DNA of 64,000 nt, taken from the NCBI RefSeq assembly GCF_006345805.1, contig NC_042997.1, positions 33,418,001 through 33,482,000 of the forward strand, written 5' to 3'. Under the pieces are notes generated by a model. The model ran no database searches. It saw nothing but the letters and a program-made list of their open reading frames with translations, and was not told the DNA's origin. Below are positions 53,170-64,000 of the stretch, piece after piece; the first letter of the stretch is position 1; the number at the start of each line of letters is the position of its first letter. Made by a program: the position numbers and the translations under genes. The stretch is from Octopus sinensis (Eukaryota).

Positions 53170-54454
53170 TACCTACACGTATGTATGTATGTATCTATGT
53201 ATGTATGAATGTGTGTGTATGTATGTATGTATGTATGTGTGTGTATGTATGTATGTATGTATGTGTGCGTGTATGTATGTATGTATGTGTGTATGCATGT
53301 GTGTATGTGTGTGTATGTATATATGTATGTATGTGTGTGTGCATGTATGTAGTGTATGCATACATACATACATACACACACATACATGCATGCATGCATA
53401 CACACATACATACATACATACATACATATTTATGTATTTATGTATGTATGTGTGTGTATGTATGCATGTATGTATGTATGTATGTATGTATGTATGTTAT
53501 GTATGTATGTATGTATGTATGTATGTATGTATGTATGTATGTTTGTATGTATGTATGTATGTATGTATGTATGTATGTATATATGTATGTATGTATGTTG
53601 TATGTATGTATATGTATGTATGTATGTATGTATGTATGATGTATGTATGTATGTTTGTATGTATGTATGTATGTATGTATGCATGTATGTTATGTATGTA
53701 TGCATGTATGTATGTATGTATGCATGTATGTATGTATGTATGTATGTATGTATTATGTATGTATGTATGTATGTATGTATGTATGTATGTATGTATTATG
53801 TATGTATGTATGTATGTATGTATTTATGTATGTATGTATGTATGTATGTTTGTATGTATGTATGTTATGTATATGTATGTATGTATGTTTGTATGTATGT
53901 ATGTATGTATGTATGTATGTATGTATGTATGTATGTTTGTATGTATGTAGGTATGTATGTATGTATTTGTATGTATGTATGTATGTATGTATGCATGTAT
54001 GTATGTATTATGCATGTATGTATGTATGTATGCATGTATGTATGTATGTATGTATGTATTATGTATGTATGTATCATTATGTATGTATGTATGTATGTAT
54101 GTATGTATGTATGTATGTTTGTATGTATGTATGTATGTATGTATGTATGTATGTTTGTATGTATTGTATGTATGTATGTATGTATTATGTTTGTATGTAT
54201 GTATGTATGTATGTTGTATGTATGTATGTATGTATGTATGTGTATGTTGTATGTATGTTGTATGTATGTATGCATGTATGTATGTATGTATGCATGTATG
54301 TATGTATGTATGCATGTATGTATGTATGTATGTATGTATGTATGTATGTATTATGTATGTATGTATGCATTATGGTATGTATGTATGTATGTATGTATGT
54401 ATGTATGTATGTATGTATGTATGTATGTATGTATATGTATGTATGTATGTATGG

Positions 54455-54486
<32 letters not shown>

Positions 54487-54627
54487 ATGTATGTATGTAT
54501 GTATGTATGTATGTATGTATGTATGTATATATGTATGTATGTATGTATGCTTGTATGTATGTATGTATTATGTATGTATGTATGTATGCTGTATGTATGT
54601 ATGTATGTTGTATGTATGTATGTATGT

Positions 54628-54659
<32 letters not shown>

Positions 54660-56460
54660 TGTATTATGATGTATGTAGTATTATGCTTGTATGTATGTAT
54701 GTATTATGTATGTATGTAGTATGCATGTATGTATGCTTGTATGTATGTATGTATTATGTATGTATGTATGTATGTATATATGTATGTATGTATGTTTGTA
54801 TGTATGTATGTATGTATGTATGTATGTATGTATGTATGTATATATGTATGTATGTATGTATGCTTGTATGTATGTATGTATTATGTATGTATGTATGTAT
54901 GTATGTATGTATGTATGTATGTATGTATATATGTATGTATGTATGTATGCTTGTATGTATGTATGTATGTATGTATGTATGTATGTATTTATGTATGTAT
55001 GTTTGTATGTATGTATGTATGTATGTATGTATGTATGTATGTATGTATGTATGTATGTATGTATGTATGTATGCTTGTATGTATGTATGTATTATGTATG
55101 TATGTATGTATGTATGTATGTATGTATGTATGTTTGTATGTATGTATGTATGTATGTATGTATGTTTGTATGTATGTATGTATGTATGTATGTATGTATG
55201 TATGTATGTATGTATGTATGTATGTATGTATGTATGTATGCATGTATGTATGTATGTATGCATGTATGTATGTATGTATGCATGTATGTATGTATGTATG
55301 TATGTATGTATTATGTATGTATGTATGCATGTATGTATGTATGTATGTATGTATGTATGTATTATGTATGTATGTATGTATGTATGTATGTATGTATGTA
55401 TGTATGCTTGTATGTATGTATGTATTATGTATGTATGTATGTATGTATGTACGTACGTGGTATTATGTATGTATGTATGTATGTATGTGTATTTATGTAT
55501 GTATGTATGTTATGTATGTATGTATGTATGTATGTATGTATGTATGTATGTTTGTATGTATGTATGTATGTATGTATGTATGTATGTATGTATGTATTAT
55601 GTATGTATGTATGTATGTATGTATGTATGTATGTTGTATGTATGTATGTATGTATGTATATATGTATGTATGTATGTATATGTATGTATGTATGTATTAT
55701 GTATTATGTATGTATGTATGCATTATGTAGTGTATGTATGTATGTATGTATGTATTATGTATGTATGTATGTTTGTATGTATGTATGTATTATGTATGTA
55801 TGTATGTATGTATGTATGTACGTATGTATTATGTATGTATTATGTATGATGTATGTATGTATTATGTCTGTATGTATGTATGTATGTATGTATGTATGTA
55901 TGTTTGTATGTATGTATGTATGTATGTATGTGTATGTAGTATTATGTATGTATGTATGGTATGTATGTATGTATGTATGTATTATGTATGTATGTATGTA
56001 TGCTTGTATGTATGTATGTATTGTATGTATTGTATGTATGTATGTATGTATGTATGTATGTGTGTATGTATGTATGTATGTATGTATGTATGTATGTATG
56101 TATATTATGTATGTATTATGTATGTATGTATGTATGTATGTATTATGTATGTATGTATGTATGTGTATGTATGTATGTTGTTTATGTATGTATGTATGTA
56201 TGTATGTTGTATGTATGTATATGTATGTATGTGTGTACGTATGTATGCATGTATGTATGTATGAATGTATGCATGCATGTATGTATGTATGTATGTATGT
56301 ATGTATGTATGTATGTGTGTATGTATGTATCTATGTATGTATGCGTGTATGTATGTATGTATGTATGTATGTATGTGTGTATGTATGTATGTATGCATGT
56401 ATGTGTGTATGTATGTATGTATGTATGTATGTATGTATGCATGCTGCATGTATGTATACA
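53170..56460. repeat. About 3.3-kb degenerate (TATG)n array
   Basis: Directly visible; source of the 280-649 aa YVCM ORFs. Confidence 0.95.
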
Positions 56461-56929
56461 GAGTTAAATACATATTCATACCCATTGAACATTTATATAT
56501 TTGTGTTCATGTGTGTGTGTATGTACTTATGCACATGTATGTGTGCGCGTACGTATTTGTGTGTGTGCGTGTATGCGTGTGTGTGTGCGCGCGCGAGAGA
56601 GAGAGAGAGAGAGTATCAGTGTACTAACATTTATTTGTGATTAATAATGTATTGGAAAGGTTAGAGAATAATATAAAGAAAAGGTTAGATCCTACTCGAG
56701 CGTGTTCATGCTTCGTGCATTGATTGTTTCTACGTATGCACACATACACGCATGCATACACACATATACACGCATTTACAGACGCACACACATGTGCATA
56801 TACACAAATACGTGTGTGTGTGTTGTGTGTGTGTGTATGCGTGTGTGTGCATACGGGGGTTGTACTGATAGTAATACAAAAGTAGGCATTACCTTTTTTT
56901 ATTCACTGACATAGGTCGTTCAAACTGCA

Positions 56930-57317
56930 CGGAAGCACTCCGTCGGTTACGACGACGAGGGTTCCGGTTGATCCGAATCAACGGAACAGCCTGCTCGTGA
57001 AATTAACGTGTAAGTGGCTGAGCACTCCACAGACACGTGTACCCCTTAACGTAGTTCTCGGGGATATTCAGCGTGACACAGAGAGTGACAAGGCCGGCAC
57101 TTTGAAATACAGGTACAACAGAAACAGGAAGTAAGAGTGAGAGAAAGTTGTGGTGAAAGAGTACAGCAGGGATCACCACCATCCCCTGCCGGAGCCTCGT
57201 GGAACTTTTAGGTGTTTTTGCTCAATAAACACTCACAACGCCCGGTCTGGGAATCGAAACCGCGATCCTATGACCGCGAGTCCGCTGCCCTAACCACTGG
57301 GCCATTGCGCCTCCACC
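56930..57317 (-). mobile_element. SINE family C with 10-bp TSD
   Basis: TSD tcaaactgca at 56920-56929 and 57318-57327. Confidence 0.9.
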
Positions 57318-57499
57318 TCAAACTGCATATGTTAGTTGGAGTAGCATTTTCTTTTTCCCTGTTCTCAATCGCTGGCAAAACTGGATTCCAAACAGAAACA
57401 ACAAAGGTGGGTTGCAGGCTGTCCGGCCATCCACAAATTGCTGCAGGTTGTTAACGAATATGACACCATTAGCAAGAACAATGTACACACATGGGTCTG

Positions 57500-57675
57500 T
57501 CGTTACGTTCTGAGTTCAAATTCCGCCGAGGTTGACTTTGCCTTTCATCCTTTCGGGGTCGATAAATAAAAGTACCAGTTTCGCACTGGGGTCGATGTAA
57601 TCGACTTAATCCCTTTGTCTGTCCTTGTTTGTCCCCTCTATGTTTAGGCCCTTGTGGGCAATAAACAAATAAATA
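57500..57675 (+). mobile_element. SINE family B, 5'-truncated
   Basis: gttacgttctgagttcaaattccgccgagg...cccttgtgggcaataaac. Confidence 0.8.
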
Positions 57676-58214
57676 TACACACATGGATGAGGTTTCAAGA
57701 CGGTAAAATCTTTACAGTGAGAGACCATGAGGCTATGATCTCTGACATGAATTGCCTGTGATAGACAAATTGATTCATGCAGGAAGACGACCTTGCTGCA
57801 CAACTGGAGTGTGATCGCAATGCATTACAAATGCAGTACCAGCCAAATCTCCCTCAAATTTCACCCCAACAAATATAAGAATGGTAACATAAAATATAAT
57901 GTAGTCATTGGGTAAATCATGCTAGCGTAAAAACTGAATGGTCACTGCTGGACCGATCCGTGGTTATTTTTCTCTTTTACAAACATTTTAAAAACTTTTT
58001 TTTACTTTTTCTTGTATTTATACATACCTACACGTATGTATGTATGCATGTATGTATGTGTGTGTATGTATGTATGTGTATGTATGTATGTATGTATGTA
58101 TGTGTGTGTATGTATGTATGTGTGTGTATGTATGTATGTATGCATGTATGTATGTATGTGTGTGTATGTATGTATGTATGTATGTATGGATGGATGTATG
58201 TATGTGTATGTATG

Positions 58215-58605
58215 TATGACTGTGTGGTTAAGAAGCTCGTTTTACAACCATGTACTTTCGAGTTCAATCCCTCTGCGTGGCAACTTGACCAAGTGTCTTC
58301 TATTATGCATGTGTGTATGTGTGTGCCTTTGTGTATGTGTGTGCCTGTGTATGTGTGTGCCTGTTTTTGACCTCCCATCACCACCATCGCCGCTTAACAA
58401 CCGGTGCTGGTTTGTTTGCGTCCCGTACAATAGTGGTTTGTCAAAAGAAACCAAAAGATTAAGTACCAGGCTCAAAAGAAGAAGAAAAAAAAAATTAGTT
58501 CTGAGAGGAATTTGTTCGAACCAAAAGTCTTCAAGGCGGTGCCCCAGCAAGATCACATTCCAATGAGCGAAACAATCAAAAGATTAAACTGAAAGATAAA
58601 AGACG
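58215..58605 (+). mobile_element. SINE family A, diverged
   Basis: gactgtgtggttaagaagc...gagttcaatccc...gaccaagtgtcttctatt...ggcggtgccccagcaag. Confidence 0.7.
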
Positions 58606-59249
58606 AATAATAAAAGATGTCACACCTTGTCGACATAATAATCCTCTTCTTCATGTAGTCCAATTAATTAAAGTGGTTCTCTGAAATCATAAAATTGAGG
58701 ATAATTTCCACAATTGAACCCTATTGACAAATGCTATAGTACATCATTAAATCAAAAACAGAATTTAATATCTTTTTAAAAACAAAAGAATCTTTATTAA
58801 TATAATATTTCGGAAAGAATGGTACAAATTACAGAGAGCAATATTATTGATTAATAAAACAACTTTCTGACAATATGATGAAAAGAATTTTAGACAAAAA
58901 TGAAAACGTAAAAATAAAATCATGCCGGAAACATTGATTATTGAATTATGGTTATGAATAAACATAAATTCTATTTTTGTGAAAGTTTCAATACAATAAC
59001 TGATTTGATTTTAACAAAAAAAAAATGCATTTGAAATAGATTGTTTTGTTTTTTTTCTGAAATAAAGAATTTTACAAGTTTACTGAAAGCATTTTCATTG
59101 TGGTGTATATGCACCTATGTGAGTATGTGTGTGTATGTGAGAGTGTATGAGAGAGAGAGAGAGAGAGAGTGTGTGTGTGTATGTGTGTCCGTGCGAGTGT
59201 ATGTGCGTGAGAATGTGTACGTGTGTGTTTGAGTATGTGTGTATGAATG

Positions 59250-59349
59250 NNNNNNNNNNNNNNNNNNNNNNNNNNNNNNNNNNNNNNNNNNNNNNNNNNN
59301 NNNNNNNNNNNNNNNNNNNNNNNNNNNNNNNNNNNNNNNNNNNNNNNNN
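59250..59349. other. Assembly gap (100 N)
   Basis: Run of N. Confidence 0.99.
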
Positions 59350-59749
59350 TGTATGTATGCATGTGTATATGTATGCGTTGTCTCACATTACCGCTTGATA
59401 AACTGTTAGTTTTGTTAAAGTCTCAGCATATGAGGCCGATGGAATAAATTACTAGACTTAAAAATAAGTACTGGGTCCGATCTATTTAAGTAAACTCTTG
59501 AAGGCAGTGCCCCAGCAAGGTAAAATATACTTAGTCCAGAATTCTACCAATTATGAAACTCCATTACTGTTTAAATATATGTCATAAGAAACTCATAGGA
59601 ATGTAATATATATATATATATTTATTTTTAACTTTTATATTTTTAATTAATTTTATGTATTGGCTTATGTTTTTCACTCTTTGATTTGCCTTATAGTGGT
59701 TTTATCTCTAATTTAATATATATGATATATATATATATAAATATATTGG

Positions 59750-61700
59750 TGAATTGAAGAAATGAAATGGAGCTGAACGCAGATTTGAACAGTTTTTTTT
59801 TATTTCATTCTACACGTGTTCGAAAGGCACAATTTACCAAAATCCGATTGAATAATGGGACCATATTGTGTCTTTCTCTTCAGGAAGAAATAGGAAATCC
59901 GTTGGAAAAAACAAAACAGAACAGAGGCGGAGCAAAAAACAAATCGAACTAGGCTCCTAAGAGCCCATGGCGAAACTGTTTATCAGTGTATGTTGAGAAC
60001 CGGTGGCTGAAGAATTTAACGGGTCAGGCATCGGTCAATCATGTGGGGGGGGTGTATAGATGTTCTTTGTGACCGAGAATAAAGTTCTGACTATTTAAGG
60101 AATATTGGATGTTTTATAAGGGGCGAGAGAAAAAATCTACTTAGACGTTTTGTGTGTGTGTATACTGTTCTATTATGTGTGTGTTGGCGTAGGGGTAGAA
60201 AACATTTTTGTGTACGTGTGTGCGTTTTGAACGTTCGGCTGTCAGTGGCTACTGCGTGAGAACCGTTGGGTGGCAGAAAAAAAAAAAATATATATTATGT
60301 TTATGTGTGTGTGTGGTTCATCTAAGCCTACCTGTCAAGGAAACCCCCGTTGTGAAAAAAACCAAGCCCCGTTTATCTTACAGGAGTAATTCCCCTTGCA
60401 GTGGTTAATCGTAGATATCTTAAAGGCTATTTCAGAATTTGTTACCAAGGGCTATGGGTGCCGGTATTATTTATAAACGCTATTTAAAAGCCAGATAAGT
60501 GTAACGCCGCCAATGGGGGCATCGAAAAGCCGACTGTAAAAGCCCGTTTACCATCCGGCCTCTGGCAAACAAAATATGGAAGAGTTCGGAGACACAAAGG
60601 TTGCACTGCCTTCTGCCCCTATCAAATGGGAGGGCCACCGACAAAATTGACCATTCCAGCCTGTAGCTTAAGTTCGTATCCTTCAGTCGCCATATTGCTT
60701 ACTGAGTCCCGTGGTCTGGCGCTTGTTCATGTCCCGAAAAGTTGCGTAATGGTTGGAGACCCGCAAAGACAATCTTGAGGATGAGGCCCCTACATAAGTG
60801 AAGACATCTGAGTCCGTGTAAACCTTGCATTGGTAGACGGCTTTTTGATCTTGGAGTTCGCCGACGTGAATCTTATTCTGCTAGGATTAGTTTCTGAAAT
60901 TAGAACTGCGTTCCTGTCACTATATTCGTTCCGAGACCTGCAGCCGCTTACTACTCTATTTTCCACTACGTCACTATTAAATATAGGAATAACCCTGATT
61001 CTCCACTATCTATCAGAGTGCTGTCATTGCTAGTGCCCGTGGTGCTGCTATTGCGGGAAATGATGCTGGGGATGCTATGGGGCTCACTACCCTACTCCCA
61101 TTGTTACCGTCAACCACAACACCCCTATTTATAACTATACCCCTAGTGGGTACTCCCTGGCTGGAGCTGAGATTATGTGTCACTGTACTGGCTCTCATAT
61201 CATATTACTACTATAATTATTCCTACTGAACATTAAACCGGGAGCGGAAGAGGCTGTACACCGGAAAAAGGTGATAGGGTCTTAGTAAGTAGCCTATTAT
61301 TATGGGAGGCGATTATCTGGGCGAGGTTTTAGTGTTGGAGAAAGCTATCCTAACTTTATGCGAGTTAACGTGGAGTAATATTGGGAATTTCTGGGGAAGT
61401 TATTGGCGATGGCTTGTCTAAACATGAGGGGGAGGTTAGTTCTAATCTGCTTACCAAAGGGGATTACAAACCATATATGCTTATTCCTATCAGTGTGATG
61501 GGTCGGGACGCCAGCTCTCGCATTCGGGTGGGTGATTCTCGGATGAATAACGGGTCTTGGGTTAGTGTAAGACCTCCCGGACCGATAGTTATCCTTGTTC
61601 GCTAAATTAAAAGCGGGAGCGACTACCCCGGCATCCGCCGCGCTCCCGTCCTTACTTAAATTGTTAATGTTATTATTAACATTATATAATATAACTACTG
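59750..61700 (-). mobile_element. 5'-truncated Penelope-like element: RT thumb/linker, C-terminal GIY-YIG, 3' pLTR with hammerhead
   Basis: KHIWFVIPFGKQIRTNLPLMFRQAIANNFP...KVRIAFSNT.NLAQIIASHNNRLL (about 61270-61480). AVYQCKV...TYVGAS..RL.LRVSNHYATF...GLSKQ/IWRLKDTNLSYRLEWSIL...CNLCVSE...CPH...FK* (60480-60850). Frameshifts present; (TA)n at the 3' flank. Confidence 0.85.
59801..59892 (-). ncRNA. Type-I hammerhead motif with a 12-bp stem II; one A missing from GAAA
   Basis: Minus strand: TATTTCTTC-CTGAAGA-GAAAGACACAAT(31 nt)ATTGTGCCTTTC-GAA-CACGTG-TA-GAATGAAATA; palindrome ACACGTGT. Confidence 0.7.
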
Positions 61701-61789
61701 AGCTAAGATAGTTAATAAGATGTGGTAATAGTTGATAAGTTGATAGTTGACAGCTACTAATCTAAAATAGTTCTTTTACTCCTTTGCTC

Positions 61790-62330
61790 TTTTACTTGTT
61801 TCAGTCATTTGACTGCGGACATGCTGGAGCACCGCCTTTAGTCGAGCAAATCGACCCCGGGACTTATTCTTTGTAAGCCCAGTACTTATTCAATCGGTCT
61901 CTTTTGCCGACCCGCTGAGTGACGGGGATGTAAACACACCAGCATCGGTTGTCAAGCAATGCTAGTGGGACAAACACACACACACAAACACACACACACA
62001 TACACATATATACATATATATACATATATACGACAGGCTTCTTTCAGTTTTTGCCGAACCGCTAAGTGACGGGGACGTAAACACACCAGCATCGGTTGTC
62101 AAGCAATGCTAGGGGAACAAACACAGACACACAAACACACCAACATACATATATATATGTATACATCTATACGAAGGCTTCTTTCAGTTTCCGTCTACCA
62201 AATCCACTCACAAGGCATTGGTCACGCCCGGGGCTATAGCAGAAGACACTTGCCCAAGATGCCACGCAGTGGACTGAACCCGGAACCATGTGGTTCGTAA
62301 GCAAGCTACTTACCACACAGCCACTCCTGT
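61790..62330 (-). mobile_element. SINE family A with an internal about 140-bp duplication
   Basis: The ttttgccga.ccgct.agtgacgggga...gtcaagcaatgctag block is repeated at about 61903-62045 and 62050-62190. Confidence 0.85.
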
Positions 62331-62676
62331 GGTAAAGTGTGATCAAACCTTGAGAAACGAATTTGGTAACTAATACAGACAAGTTGTTATCAACCACAGC
62401 CTGCCTTTGTCAAGAAATCCATTGACAAGAATCAATGACAGAAACGAATTTGTGTTTTATAGTGTAATTCTAGAATTTTCATTGTTTTACACCAATTTCT
62501 TTCTTAAAATAGATTTTATGCTTTGATAAATTCAAGTAAGATACTTGTATATATTAAATATTTGAAACCTAGAAGCTTTCGAGAATATTAAGCAGTCATC
62601 TGGAAGTATGAAAATTATGTTTGTTCAGATAACTTATTACCTTTAATTCTAGCATAAACTTTGGAACAATAGCTGT

Positions 62677-62686
62677 AACACACACA

Positions 62687-62726
<40 letters not shown>

Positions 62727-62766
62727 ACACACACACATACACACACACATACACACACATACACAC

Positions 62767-62799
<33 letters not shown>

Positions 62800-62950
62800 C
62801 ACATACACACACACACACACGCACACGCACATACACACACACACATACACACACATACACACACACATACACACACATACTACACACACACACACACATA
62901 CCACCCACCTACACACACACACATACGCACACATACACACACACACACAC
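62677..62950. repeat. Degenerate (CA)n tract
   Basis: Directly visible. Confidence 0.9.
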
Positions 62951-63182
62951 GCAGAAGCACTGACACATGCACATAGAAAGAAAAGTATAAGTGCATACAT
63001 AAAAACATGCATATCAGTGTGCGTGTGTATTTGCTGACAGTCATTGCCTATATATTTACGCTAGACTTGAGACTATAACTACCTGAATTTACCTGCACAG
63101 AGACACAAATGCTTTTTTTTTTACCTTCTTCTGCATGGCAGTCAATGAAATTTAATAGACCAAAATGATATAGAATTCAGTC

Positions 63183-64000
63183 ATATACATACATACATAC
63201 ATGCATACATACATGCATACATACATAAATACATACATGCATACATAAATACATAAATACATACATACATACATGCATACATACATACATACATACATAC
63301 ATACATACATACATACATACATACATACATACATGCATACATAAATACATAAATACATACATACATACATGCATACATACATACATACATACATACATAC
63401 ATACATACATACATACATACATACATACATGCATACATACATACATACATACATACATGCATACGTACATACATACATACATACATACATACATACATAC
63501 ATTACATACATACATACATGCATACATACATACATACATACATACATGCATACGTACATACATACATACATACATACATGCATACATACATACATACATA
63601 CATACATACATACATACATACATACATACATACACACATACATGCATACGTACATACATACATACATACATACATACATACATTCATGCATGCATACATA
63701 CATACATACATACATACATACATACATACATACATACATGCATACATACATACATACATACATACATACACACATACATGCATACGTACATACATACATA
63801 CATACATACATACATTCATGCATGCATACATACATACATCATACATACATACATACATTACATACATACACACATTACATGATACGTACATACATACATA
63901 CATACATACATACATTCATGCATGCATACATACTACATACATACATACATACATACATACATACAACATACATACATACATGCATACCTACATACACATA
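63183..64000. repeat. (CATA)n/(CATG)n array running off the window end
   Basis: Directly visible. Confidence 0.92.

Noticed and set aside
53072-56640. Very long ORFs of 280-649 aa (YVCM repeats), plus all HTYI, YI, CV and poly-I ORFs elsewhere
   Set aside because: They are translations of (TATG)n, (TA)n, (CA)n and trinucleotide arrays that lack stop codons by construction.
59950-59990. cctaaga-GCC(cat)GGC-GAAAC on the plus strand
   Set aside because: The core lacks a base, there is no stem I or III, and it is antisense to the PLE.
61613-61648. GC hairpin cgggagcg...cgctcccg as a Helitron end or terminator
   Set aside because: No CTRR follows it, and it lies within the open PLE reading frame.
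59950-61700. Possible NUMT because of the compositional shift
   Set aside because: The minus-strand translation gives PLE linker and GIY-YIG motifs, not mitochondrial genes.

Overview
Repeat-saturated, AT-rich animal DNA. The (ATAC)n/(TA)n microsatellite load and the SINE families point to an octopus (inference). No host protein-coding exon could be supported, and nearly all long ORFs in the track are microsatellite translations. Identifiable content: three tRNA-derived SINE families (about 20 copies, several with TSDs); an RTE LINE ending in three tandem C2H2 fingers; a decayed CR1-like LINE whose 3' end matches one SINE family; Dong/R4-like RLE-LINE remnants tied to (ATAC)n; two Penelope-like (GIY-YIG) ORF remnants; mariner, maT, hAT and Tigger-type DNA transposons; and non-autonomous Helitrons. 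The least expected signal is six type-I hammerhead ribozyme motifs (13865, 16866, 27056, 43026, 51999, 59801). They lie in short elements abutting (TA)n tracts, several with Penelope-style direct or inverted terminal duplications. Two are about 0.5-kb units with about 130-bp terminal direct repeats and look like non-autonomous retrozyme-like elements. All folds and alignments were done by eye, not computed.
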